Assembly (NCBI GenBank): GCA_022710975.1
Contig: JAKLGA010000009.1
Coordinates: 117,547 to 181,546 of the forward strand
Source: Myxococcota bacterium
Lineage (GTDB): Bacteria; Myxococcota; B64-G9
Length of the DNA stretch: 64,000 bases
Reading direction: 5' to 3'
Part shown: in pieces, positions 26,400-35,526 of the stretch
How the letters are laid out: each line of letters begins with the position of its first letter
How positions within the stretch are numbered: the stretch's first letter is position 1
Position numbers and translations under genes: made by a program
The notes under the pieces: model-generated
Database searches by the model: none
The model's input: the letters and a program-made list of their open reading frames with translations, nothing else
Told to the model about the DNA's origin: nothing

Positions 26400-28568
26400 T
26401 CACAGCTCCATCCACAGCTGGAGGTAAATCGTGCGCGGCGCCAGCGGGTAGTCGACCCCGCCATAGCCGGGGTCCGGACCCTCGACGCCGATCAGGTTGG
26501 TGCCGATCAGCCGGATCTCGGACTTGTGCCCCTGCAGCAGCTCCAGATCGAAGAGCGCCAGGGAGGCGTTCAGCATGACGTACGGATCGAGCGCGTAGAC
26601 CTCGCCCGCCTCCAGCGCGTTCTCGTCGCTGGCGTCCCGTGTGTCCACGTAGCTGAGCTCCAGCGTGAGCCGCAGCGGCAGCCAGGGGAGCTGGCCGCGC
26701 ACGCCCGCGTGCATCAGCCAGGTCGGGTAGGTGCTGCTCTCGGATCCGAGCAGGTCGGCCACGTAGCCCGGCTGCCCCAGGTCGCGGACCAGGTAAGCCA
26801 TGGACAGGTTCAGGTAGCCCTGGATCCACCGCTTCCAGCGCGCCCTGATCTCGGTCTCCCAGGACAGCAGGCCCATCTCGGCCACGTTGCGGGCCACCTT
26901 GTTCACGCCCTGCAGGGTGAACTCGGCCTTGTCCTGCAGGTAGGAGTAGGCCAGATCGGTGCTCACCTGGAGGAAGTCCCAGGGCTCGTACGAGACCTGC
27001 AGCTCGAAGGTGTCCACGCGCTGCGGCTCGAGGTCCGGGTTGCCCTGGATGTCGCCCGAGCGCATGGGCTCGCCGTACAGCAGCAGCGGGGCCGGCGCCT
27101 TGAAGGCGTGGCCGTACAGCAGCTTGAGGTAGAGCTTGTCGAGCGGCTGGTACACCGCGCCCGCGCGGCCGCTGACCTGGCTGCCGTAGATGTTGTGCCA
27201 GTCGTAGCGGATGCCGCCGGTCAGGCTGAGCGTCTTCTCGATCGGCGTCCAGGACACCTGGAGGTAGGCGTCCGGGTTCAGGAAGGCCTCGATGCCGGCG
27301 TGGGTGGAGGTGGACTCGCGCACGTCGCCCGGCTCCAGGGAGCCGACCTTCGTCTTGAGCACGTGCAGGTACGAGGGCAGCAGCTCCTCGTCGTAGATCA
27401 CGCCCACCCCGGCCACGAACGCCAGCGAGGGCAGGGCCTGGTACTGCGCGCCCAGGTGCAGCTCGCCGCCCTGGTAGCGGTACTTGCGCTCCACGTAGTA
27501 GATGTCGCTGCCGAGCTCGATGCGGTCGCGGGGGCCGGGGCTGCCGCGGAAGTACAGCCCGTCCACCTCGAGGCGCCAGTCCGTGGACAGCTTGAACTCG
27601 CCGCGCAGGTCGACGTATCCCTGCTGGATCGAGACCTGGTTATCGATGGTGCGGCCGGACTCGTCCAGGCCGCTGCCGAGCTGGAGCCAGTCGGCGAACT
27701 CCGCCCCGCGATCGAGGTAGGACATGTAGCCGGTCATGGACACCTGGCCGGCGTCGCCCAGGCCATAGGCCAGCTTGAGCAAGCCCGTACCCGAGGTCTG
27801 CTCCAGGCCCTCGGCCCGGGTGTCGTTGGCCCGCGAGGCGGGCAGCTTCGGGGACGGGGAAGACCCGGGCAGGGTCAGCTCGGACAGGTCGCGGTAACCC
27901 AGCCGCCCGGCCACCAGGACGTCCAGCTCGCCCGTCTTGAAACCGACCGCCAGGTCGGTGCTCCCGCCAAGCTTGGTCCCGTCGAAGCCGCCGCCCAGGA
28001 TCACCCGGCCGCCCGCGAGGTCGTCGCCCTTGAGGGTGATGATGTTCACCACGCCCAGGAAGGCGTCCGCGCCGTACAAGGCCGAGGCCGGTCCGCGGAT
28101 GACCTCCACCCGCTCGATGGCGCTCATGGGGATCAGCTCCGGGCCGAGCCAGTTGGCCCCGGTCTGGCGCATGGCTACGGTGTGGCCGTCGATCATCACC
28201 TTGATGAGACCGCTCTCGGAGCGCAGCCCGCTGCCCACGCCGCGCACGCCCACGTCCGGGGAGATGTGGTTGTCGACCAGGTACACCCCGGCCACGTGGC
28301 GCAGCACGTCCGCGACGGAGTCGTAGCCCCAGGCCCGGATCTCCTGGGCGTTCAACACGGTGACCACGGCCGGAGCCTCCTCGACGGTCTGCTCGGTCTT
28401 GGTGGCCGAGACCACCACGTTGAGCAGGTCCTCGAGGTTCAACTCCTCGAAGTCCTTGACGTCATCCCCGATGTCGCCCTGCGCTTCCTCCTCGGCCTGG
28501 CCAGCCAGAGGCAGTCCTAACCCGATCGAGGCAACCAGGATGGAGACGAACCGGAGTGGCGTTAGCAT
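26400..28568 (-). CDS. TonB-dependent outer-membrane receptor
   Basis: Signal peptide. Plug motifs (VIRGPASALYGADAFLGVVNIIT). C-terminal barrel ending ...YLQLWMEL. Confidence 0.8.
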   Translation of the reverse strand: MLTPLRFVSILVASIGLGLPLAGQAEEEAQGDIGDDVKDFEELNLEDLLNVVVSATKTEQTVEEAPAVVTVLNAQEIRAWGYDSVADVLRHVAGVYLVDNHISPDVGVRGVGSGLRSESGLIKVMIDGHTVAMRQTGANWLGPELIPMSAIERVEVIRGPASALYGADAFLGVVNIITLKGDDLAGGRVILGGGFDGTKLGGSTDLAVGFKTGELDVLVAGRLGYRDLSELTLPGSSPSPKLPASRANDTRAEGLEQTSGTGLLKLAYGLGDAGQVSMTGYMSYLDRGAEFADWLQLGSGLDESGRTIDNQVSIQQGYVDLRGEFKLSTDWRLEVDGLYFRGSPGPRDRIELGSDIYYVERKYRYQGGELHLGAQYQALPSLAFVAGVGVIYDEELLPSYLHVLKTKVGSLEPGDVRESTSTHAGIEAFLNPDAYLQVSWTPIEKTLSLTGGIRYDWHNIYGSQVSGRAGAVYQPLDKLYLKLLYGHAFKAPAPLLLYGEPMRSGDIQGNPDLEPQRVDTFELQVSYEPWDFLQVSTDLAYSYLQDKAEFTLQGVNKVARNVAEMGLLSWETEIRARWKRWIQGYLNLSMAYLVRDLGQPGYVADLLGSESSTYPTWLMHAGVRGQLPWLPLRLTLELSYVDTRDASDENALEAGEVYALDPYVMLNASLALFDLELLQGHKSEIRLIGTNLIGVEGPDPGYGGVDYPLAPRTIYLQLWMEL

Positions 28569-28726
28569 GCGCGCGTTCTCTCGGGGCAAGTGTTCATGTA
28601 CCGGACTTGGTGTATGCCAGGATCGCCCTTTTTGCAATACCTATCTTCAATCATTTCCGGAGACTGGTTCCAATTCTGGAGCCGAACGGGTAGCATCGGC
28701 TGTCGCCCACGCGGAGGTGGATTCCG

Positions 28727-29215
28727 GTGAGAGCAGCTCCCCTGGCGGGATTCTTCCTGGTGATGCTCCCTGGCCTGGCCCTGGCCGCTGATCCGGCGGC
28801 CGCACCGGTGCAGCAGCAGCACCGGCTGGTGACGCTCGAGCTCGACGGGCCAGCGTTGCGGGTCCTGGCCTCCCAGGTCGTCCCCCTGCCGTTGCCCAAG
28901 CGCCGGGGAGGGGAGGCGGTCGGCTCCGGCCACCCCTGGCGCGCCCGGCTGCTCGGCCCCGGAGGCGCGGTGCTGCACACCCTCGGCCTCGGCGATCCCA
29001 CCGAGCTGCGCGTGGAGCACGCCGACGACGCGGGCCGGATCCGCGCCCAGCGCGTCCGCCGGGAGGGCCCGGTGGTGTTCTGCCTGCGCCTGCCGCTGAC
29101 CGCAGGCCGGCTCGAGCTCCAGCGGCTCGATCCCGCCCGGCCGCGGGAGCGGCGGGCCCCGGAGGACGCCTGGCAGGGCGTCGGCGCGGTGGAGCTCCCG
29201 GGGGTGGCGCCGTGA
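28727..29215 (+). CDS. Secreted hypothetical protein
   Basis: RBS GGAGGTGG before GTG. Signal peptide. Stop overlaps the start of the M64 gene. Confidence 0.4.
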   Translation: MRAAPLAGFFLVMLPGLALAADPAAAPVQQQHRLVTLELDGPALRVLASQVVPLPLPKRRGGEAVGSGHPWRARLLGPGGAVLHTLGLGDPTELRVEHADDAGRIRAQRVRREGPVVFCLRLPLTAGRLELQRLDPARPRERRAPEDAWQGVGAVELPGVAP

Positions 29216-31764
29216 GCCGCCCGCGCGCGGCCCTGGCCGCCTGCCTGGTCAGCCTGGGCCTGGCGCTGTCCGCCGCGGCCTACGACGTGGAGACCGTGCA
29301 GACCTCCGGGGACTCCGCCAACCGCATCGATCTGGTCATCCTGGGGGACGGCTACAGGGTCGAGGACCAGGCCAAGCTGACGAGCGACGTGCAGTCCTTC
29401 CTCACGCGCTTCTGGCAGCAGACCCCCTACGCGGAGTACCGCAACTTCTTCAACGTGAAGCTCATCCACGTCATCTCGAACGAGAACGGGGCGGACAACG
29501 GCTCGTACGGCGCGGTGCGCGACACGGCCCTGGGCGCCTACTACAACTGCTACAACATCGATCGCCTGATCTGCCTCGACACCTGGGCCGTGTACCAGGC
29601 GGCCAACGCGGACGCGCCCGAGTGGGACTTCCTGTTCGTGATGGTGAACGATCCCAAATACGGGGGCTCCGGGGGCTCGATCTCGGTCTTCTCCGTGCAC
29701 GCCCTGGCTGGAGACATCGCCATCCACGAGTTCGGGCACTCGTTCGGCGGGCTGGCCGACGAGTACGAGGACGCCTACCCGGGCTACCCGGGCTGCGGCT
29801 CGGACTGCCCGGAGCCCAACGTGACCACCCGGACGGTGCGCGAGGAGGTCAAGTGGAACCCGTGGATCGACGCGGCCACGCCGGTTCCCACGCCCGAGAC
29901 CGGGACCTACTGGGACGCGGTGGGGGTGTTCGAGGGAGCCCGCTACCAGACCACGGGTGTCTTCCGCCCGAAGCAGGCCTGCTTCATGCGCCAGTACGGA
30001 GTCCCGTTCTGTGAGGTGTGCGAGGAGGCCCTGGTGCTGTCGGTCTACCAGCAGGTCTCGCCGCTCGACAGCGCCTCCCCGGCCGGCCCGGTCAGCCTCG
30101 GGAGCTGCGACCTGGCCAGCTTCGAGGTCGCCTACCCGCGGCCGGTGCCGGACACCGTGGAGGTCACCTGGCGCGTGGACGGCCAGGTCGTCCAGACGGG
30201 TGGCGCGGGGTTCGAGCTGGACGCCTCCGGGCTGTCGATCGGCGCCCATCAGCTCGAGGCCGAGATCGCCGATCTGACTCCGCTGGTGCGAACCGACCCC
30301 TCGTCGCTCCTGGTGGAGCGCCAGATCTGGACGGTCCAGGTGACCGGGACGCCGGTCTGCCTCATCGGCGGGGAGTGCATCCCCGATGGCACGCTGAACC
30401 CCGCCAACCCCTGCGAGATCTGCCAGGCGGCGAGCCAGCCCGGCGCCTGGAGCCCGCTCTCCGGGGTGGCCTGCGGCGACGGCCTCTACTGCAACGGCGC
30501 GGAGGCATGCCAGGCCGGCGCCTGCCAGGCCGGCGCGGCGCCCTGCCAGGACGACGGTCTGGCCTGCACGCTCACCTGCGACGAGGCCGGGCAGCGCTGC
30601 AACCTGCCCCAGGCAGGCTGGTGCGCCATCGCCGGGGTGTGCAGGACGGCGGGCGAGGCCGAGCCCGGCAACCCCTGCCGCACCTGCCAGCCGGGCGTGG
30701 ATCCCTCGGCCTGGGTCCCCGACGACAGCGCCACCTGCGGCGACGGGGAGTTCTGCGACGGCCCGGAGACCTGCCAGGGCGGCGTCTGCCAGGCCGGCGC
30801 GGCGCCCTGCCAGGACGACGGCCTGGCCTGCACGGACACCTGCGACGAGGCCGGGCAGCGCTGCGACGTGCCCCAGGCGGGCTGGTGTGCCATCGCCGGG
30901 GTGTGCGCGACCGCCGGGGAGGCCGAGCCCGGGAACCCCTGCCGGACCTGCCAGCCCGGGCTGGACCCGCTGGCCTGGACGGCGGACGATGGCCGGGCCT
31001 GCGAGGACGGCCTCTACTGCAACGGCGCGGAGACCTGCCTGGCCGGCGCGTGCCAGGCCGGCGCGGCGCCCTGCCAGGACGACGGCCTGGCCTGCACGGA
31101 CACCTGCGACGAGGCCGGGCAGCGCTGCGACGTGCCCCAGGCGGGCTGGTGCGCCATCGTCGGGGTGTGCGCGACCGCCGGGGAGGCCGAGCCCGGGAAC
31201 CCCTGCCGGACCTGCCAGCCCGGGCTGGACCCGCTCGCCTGGAGCCCGGACGACACGGCGGGCTGCGACGACGCGCGGCCCTGCACGACCAGCGACCATT
31301 GCCAGGCGGGCGCCTGCGTGGGCCAGCTCAGCCCGGGCTGCTGCACCGTGGCGGCCGACTGCGACGACGGGCTCGCCTGCACCCAGGACGCGTGCGACGC
31401 GGGCCAGAGCGCTTGCTCCAGCTCGCTGTCGGCCGGGGCCTGCCTGGTGGACGGCGTCTGCGCCCTCGCGGGAGAGGCCTCGCCGGGCAACGCCTGCCTG
31501 ACCTGTCAGCCCGGCACGGCGCCGCGGGCCTGGACGTCGGCCGAGGGCGCGGCCTGCGACGATGGCGACCCGTGCACCGCGGGGGGCGCCTGCCTGGCGG
31601 GCGCCTGCGCGCCGGGTGAGCGCCTGTGCGACCCGAGTTGCCCCTGCGAGGAGCCCGCCATGAAGGGCGGCTGTGGGTGCGGGGCGGGGACGGGCCAGGC
31701 GCCGGGCGCCCTGCTGTCCGTGCTGCTCGGGTGGCTGTGGGTGCGGCGCCGGCCGCGGGCGTGA
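29212..31764 (+). CDS. M64-family (IgA-peptidase-like) zinc metallopeptidase with three 88-aa cysteine-rich tandem repeats and MYXO-CTERM
   Basis: M64 hallmark IAIHEFGHSFGGLADEY. Three near-identical Cys-rich repeats. C-terminus GGCGCGAGTGQAPGALLSVLLGWLWVRRRPRA. Confidence 0.75.
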   Translation: MSRPRAALAACLVSLGLALSAAAYDVETVQTSGDSANRIDLVILGDGYRVEDQAKLTSDVQSFLTRFWQQTPYAEYRNFFNVKLIHVISNENGADNGSYGAVRDTALGAYYNCYNIDRLICLDTWAVYQAANADAPEWDFLFVMVNDPKYGGSGGSISVFSVHALAGDIAIHEFGHSFGGLADEYEDAYPGYPGCGSDCPEPNVTTRTVREEVKWNPWIDAATPVPTPETGTYWDAVGVFEGARYQTTGVFRPKQACFMRQYGVPFCEVCEEALVLSVYQQVSPLDSASPAGPVSLGSCDLASFEVAYPRPVPDTVEVTWRVDGQVVQTGGAGFELDASGLSIGAHQLEAEIADLTPLVRTDPSSLLVERQIWTVQVTGTPVCLIGGECIPDGTLNPANPCEICQAASQPGAWSPLSGVACGDGLYCNGAEACQAGACQAGAAPCQDDGLACTLTCDEAGQRCNLPQAGWCAIAGVCRTAGEAEPGNPCRTCQPGVDPSAWVPDDSATCGDGEFCDGPETCQGGVCQAGAAPCQDDGLACTDTCDEAGQRCDVPQAGWCAIAGVCATAGEAEPGNPCRTCQPGLDPLAWTADDGRACEDGLYCNGAETCLAGACQAGAAPCQDDGLACTDTCDEAGQRCDVPQAGWCAIVGVCATAGEAEPGNPCRTCQPGLDPLAWSPDDTAGCDDARPCTTSDHCQAGACVGQLSPGCCTVAADCDDGLACTQDACDAGQSACSSSLSAGACLVDGVCALAGEASPGNACLTCQPGTAPRAWTSAEGAACDDGDPCTAGGACLAGACAPGERLCDPSCPCEEPAMKGGCGCGAGTGQAPGALLSVLLGWLWVRRRPRA
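30472..31263 (+). repeat. Three tandem 264-nt (88-aa) near-identical direct repeats inside the M64 gene
   Basis: Units begin at 30472, 30736 and 31000 (CGDG.. / CGDG.. / CEDG..), with >90% nucleotide identity. Confidence 0.8.
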
Positions 31765-31772
31765 GGCGCGGG

Positions 31773-32204
31773 TCAGCCGTCTTCGGGATCCTGCGGGGAG
31801 TCCGCGCAGGGGTGCGCGGCCAGGAGGGCGTCGGCCTGGGCCTCCAGGTCGGGCCGGCGGAGGCCGCCGTGCAGGTAGAGCTTGTGCCCCTCGAACGAGC
31901 AGGGCGCCGGGTCGAGCCGGGGGATCGCCTCGCGCTCGCCCTGCAGGTGCTGGGCGAGCGCGCCGTCCAGGAAGTCGAGCCCGAGCGAGATGGCCCGGTC
32001 GTCCGGCAGGTCCGGCACGTCCAGGATGAACTCCATCAGCCGATCGGCGGGCAGGTCATGGAGGCGCAGCTCCAGCCGCCGGGCGCCCTGGTGGTGCCCG
32101 AAGACGAGGGTGATGGACTCGTTTGCCCGCAGGCGTGCGGCGTGGCGCTCGGTGAGCATCTGGGCGGCCTGGACTGCCAGGTGCAGGAGATCGTCGGGTT
32201 CCAT
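31773..32204 (-). CDS. Hypothetical protein
   Basis: 143-aa ORF with coding-like composition. No RBS, no motifs. Confidence 0.3.
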   Translation of the reverse strand: MEPDDLLHLAVQAAQMLTERHAARLRANESITLVFGHHQGARRLELRLHDLPADRLMEFILDVPDLPDDRAISLGLDFLDGALAQHLQGEREAIPRLDPAPCSFEGHKLYLHGGLRRPDLEAQADALLAAHPCADSPQDPEDG

Positions 32205-32475
32205 GGGGCCGATTCTACCCGATCCGGCGAGCTGAGAGCAGGGTGTGTGGTGTGAATTTCACGGCCACTGTGAATCCTGACAACAGCACCTGGCCAGGTT
32301 GAGGCGGACATCGAGTCTTGTTTTCCTCCATCTGGTCGAATGCTAGTCCCCTCGGCCTCTTTCTGGCCCGGAATTTGCTTGGAAGTCGCCGAGGAATCGC
32401 TCAACGAAGACACGCCCTTGAAGAGGCAATCGATTCTGCCCGTCTTCTGGCACGGTCTTCTGGAGGAGCTCTCGG

Positions 32476-33291
32476 ATGGAAGCCTGCGCAACCCAACTCG
32501 GTGCTGCACCCAAGCTCGCGCCCCAGACCGGGGAGCCCCAGGTCCACATCGACCTCACCGATCCCCGCCAGCGGGCGCTGTACGACCGGCGCTACGGGCG
32601 GACGCTCCAGAGGCTTCGCTCCTGGCTGCGCCAGGACGACCACCACCGCGCCCGCCAGCTCGAGCGCGGGCTGGCCCGCCAGGGGCTGGCGCTTCGCGAC
32701 CTGAAGGTCTTCGAGCTGGGCTTCGGCGCCGGTGAGCTCCTGCTGCGCTTCGAGCCGAGCTGCAGCCTGCACGGCTGTGATTCCTCCGAGGCCAGCGTGC
32801 TGGCGCTGGGGCACGACGCGCGCCTGGCGAGGTACCGCGAGCGCATGCTAGCCCTGTCGGCTCGGGACGGCGGGCCCGCGTATCCCTCCAGCGGCTACGA
32901 CGTGGTCATCGCCTCGGACGGGCTGGAACCGCGGGCGCGCGCCGCGCAGACCCTTCTGAGCTTGCTCCGCCACACGCGGCCTGGCGGTCTGGGTGTGTTC
33001 TTCTTCGACGGCCAGGCGCACGATCTGGCCGCCTGCGCCCGCCTGCTGCGCGGCGCCGGCTGGGTGCTGCTCGAGGGGCAGGCGGGCAGCCGCCTCGGCG
33101 TCCGCGCCTGGGATCTGCGCGGCGCGGGCGCGCCGGGGCCGCTCGCGCGGCTCGGCGGGGCGGCGGATCGGGTGGCGGGCGCGCTCCTCGGGCTCGCGCC
33201 GGCGGGGCTGCGCCAGCTGTGCGAGTCCCCGCTGGCCGCCCTGCGCGTGCGCCCGTCCCGGCTGATGCTCGTGGCCCGGCGACCTGCCTGA
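32476..33291 (+). CDS. Class I SAM-dependent methyltransferase
   Basis: RBS GGAGGAG before ATG. Motif I VFELGFGAGE, acidic post-I (HGCDSSE), motif II-like VVIASDGLE. Confidence 0.7.
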   Translation: MEACATQLGAAPKLAPQTGEPQVHIDLTDPRQRALYDRRYGRTLQRLRSWLRQDDHHRARQLERGLARQGLALRDLKVFELGFGAGELLLRFEPSCSLHGCDSSEASVLALGHDARLARYRERMLALSARDGGPAYPSSGYDVVIASDGLEPRARAAQTLLSLLRHTRPGGLGVFFFDGQAHDLAACARLLRGAGWVLLEGQAGSRLGVRAWDLRGAGAPGPLARLGGAADRVAGALLGLAPAGLRQLCESPLAALRVRPSRLMLVARRPA

Positions 33292-33331
33292 GCCGCGTTT
33301 CCGTTCACCCGCCCCGGCCGATCCTGGTAGG

Positions 33332-33961
33332 ATGCCTGCCGGCATGCGCTCCGTCCTTCCACTTCCCGTGTCCTGCGCGGCCGCGTGCCTGGCGCTGGCG
33401 GGTCTGCTCGCGGGCGGGCTCCAGGCGCAGCCCGCTGTCCCGCCCGCGAAGGCGGACCCGCGCCTCGAGCGCATGCTGGCCTGGGCCGAGGCCCGGCTCG
33501 GCACGGAGTACCGCTTCGGCGGGCGGCTCACCCGGCGGCTGCCCGGGCTCGACTGCCTCGGTCTGATCTTCCTGGCCCACGCCCGCGCCGTGGGGGGCTC
33601 CTGGCGCGACTACTCCGTGGTGCCCAGCCGGATGCTGCGCCTGCGCCAACTCGGGCCGGAGGTCGGCCGCTGGGCCTGGGACGAGGCGCCGCCGCCCTGC
33701 CCCGGAGACCTGCGGCGCGGAGACGTGCTGATCCTCTCCTGGCCCTGGGAGATCGAGGACGAGGTCCTCCAGCGCACGCCCGCGGGCCTGGCGCTGCGCA
33801 GCGCCCACGTGGGGCTGTACCTGGGCGCGGGGCGCTGCCTGCACGCCAGCCCCTTCGCTGGGCGCGTGGTCATCGAGCCCCTGGAGGCCCTGCTCCGGGA
33901 GCAGGGCTACCTCGGCATGATCGCCGTCCGCCCCTTCGGGGCGAGCACGCACGGGAGGTGA
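33332..33961 (+). CDS. NlpC/P60 (C40) family peptidase
   Basis: Signal peptide. YRFGG...GLDCLGLI (Cys nucleophile), HVGLYLG (His). Confidence 0.7.
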   Translation: MPAGMRSVLPLPVSCAAACLALAGLLAGGLQAQPAVPPAKADPRLERMLAWAEARLGTEYRFGGRLTRRLPGLDCLGLIFLAHARAVGGSWRDYSVVPSRMLRLRQLGPEVGRWAWDEAPPPCPGDLRRGDVLILSWPWEIEDEVLQRTPAGLALRSAHVGLYLGAGRCLHASPFAGRVVIEPLEALLREQGYLGMIAVRPFGASTHGR

Positions 33962-33967
33962 GGGAGC

Positions 33968-35425
33968 ATGCAGCGGCTGGGGTGCCTGACGGTCGGTCTG
34001 CTGGGTGTGTGGAGCCTGGGCATGCGGGTCGAGGACGTGCCCGATCCCATGCGCGCGGCCGGGAGCTTCGTCATGGACGCGGCCCGGGTGCTGGACCCGG
34101 GCACGGCCGGGGAGCTCGACGAGACCTGCCGCAGGCTCGAGCGGGACACGGGCGTCGAGCTGGCTGTGGTGACCGTGGACCGGCTGGAGGGTCTGGCGGT
34201 CGAGGTGTATGCCCGCCGCCTGTTCGACCGGCTGGGCCTGGGCAAGAGCTGGCGGGACAACGGCGTGCTGGTGCTCCTGTCCCGGGACGATCGCGAGATC
34301 CGCATCGAGGTCGGGGCGGGGCTGCTGCAGGTACTGACGGACGAGAAGGCCGGGGCGCTGCTGGACCAGCACGCCATCCCGCGCTTCAAGGCGGGCCAGA
34401 CCTCGGCCGGGCTCCTCGATCTCGCGCGAGGCCTGGCTGTCGCGCTCGGTCAGGCCCGCGCGCAGGGGCTCATCCGGGCCGAGGCCGGAGAGGGCCCGCC
34501 CGCCGGCGCCGATGGGGGTCCAGCCGAGGCGGCGCACGCGCAGCCCGCGGCCCCGGTCCAGGCGCCGCCCGGACCGTCGGCCGCGGGCGGGTCGCCCTCG
34601 CCAGAGACCGCGGAGGCGCCGCGGGACTACTGGGCGGAGGCGCGGCGAGAAGAGCAGATGCTGGGCGGGCTGGCCCTGGGCGCGGGCATGGCGGGCTTCA
34701 GCCTGCTCGGCGCGGGGCTGCTGTCGCTGATCGTCCTGCTGCGCCGCACGCGGGCCGGCAAGAAGAAGACGCTGGGGCGCGGGGTGCTCTTCCCCGTGCT
34801 GCTGTGGTGCGGCGCCGTGGCCGGGGGGATCGCGGTCGGAGCGGAGACGGACGACGCGACCTGGCCGGTGGGGGTCGGCTTGGGCGCGGGCGGGCTGTTC
34901 ACCACGCTGCACTTCCTGCTGCGCCGCCGCCTGCGGCGCCACATGGAGAGCTACCGGCGGCCGTGCGGCAAGTGCAGGGCGCGCATGGACCTGGTGGACG
35001 AGCAGGCCGACGACGCCCTGCTGAGCACCGAGGAGCAGGCCGAGGAGCGCATCGGGGGCGCGGACTGGGAGCTCTGGAACTGCCCCGGCTGCGGCGCCCA
35101 GGAGAAGATCGAGGTGAGCCTCGGCGGCGCCTCGCGCTGCGGCAAGTGCAAGCGGCGCACCCTGATCGTCAAGCGCACGACCCTGCGCTCCGCCACCTAC
35201 GATCACGGCGGCGAGGTGCGGGTGGACGAGACCTGCCACAACCCGAACTGCCGCCACCACTCCTCGCACACGCACTCCACCCCCCGGTTGACTCGCCCGA
35301 GCCCGTCCTCGGGCGGCTCCCGCTCGTCCTCGAGCTCCTCCTCGCGATCCTCCTCCTCGTCTTCGTCCTCGGGTGGCTTCGGAGGAGGCCGCTCTGGCGG
35401 CGGGGGCGCCTCGCGCAAGTGGTGA
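33968..35425 (+). CDS. TPM-domain protein (TLP18.3/Psb32/MOLO-1 phosphatase family) with TM segments, CxxC zinc ribbon and Ser/Gly-rich tail
   Basis: TPM core FVMDAARVLD...ELAVVTVDRLEG...NGVLVLLSRDDREIRIEVG. CGKC...CPGC...CGKC motifs. Poly-Ser tail. Confidence 0.7.
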   Translation: MQRLGCLTVGLLGVWSLGMRVEDVPDPMRAAGSFVMDAARVLDPGTAGELDETCRRLERDTGVELAVVTVDRLEGLAVEVYARRLFDRLGLGKSWRDNGVLVLLSRDDREIRIEVGAGLLQVLTDEKAGALLDQHAIPRFKAGQTSAGLLDLARGLAVALGQARAQGLIRAEAGEGPPAGADGGPAEAAHAQPAAPVQAPPGPSAAGGSPSPETAEAPRDYWAEARREEQMLGGLALGAGMAGFSLLGAGLLSLIVLLRRTRAGKKKTLGRGVLFPVLLWCGAVAGGIAVGAETDDATWPVGVGLGAGGLFTTLHFLLRRRLRRHMESYRRPCGKCRARMDLVDEQADDALLSTEEQAEERIGGADWELWNCPGCGAQEKIEVSLGGASRCGKCKRRTLIVKRTTLRSATYDHGGEVRVDETCHNPNCRHHSSHTHSTPRLTRPSPSSGGSRSSSSSSSRSSSSSSSSGGFGGGRSGGGGASRKW

Positions 35426-35526
35426 GGCGGCCCGCCGCTGGGCGTGACCGGAATCACAGCGCCTGGCTGAATTCGGGCCATGCTTCCGTCGTCTCGTGCG
35501 GTGAGCTCTTACGAGGGAGGAGACCC

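Noticed and set aside
24308-28520. Plus-strand ORFs (323 aa, 664 aa) antisense to the BMP, SBP and TBDR genes
   Set aside because: Low-complexity translations. Minus-strand genes have clear family signatures.
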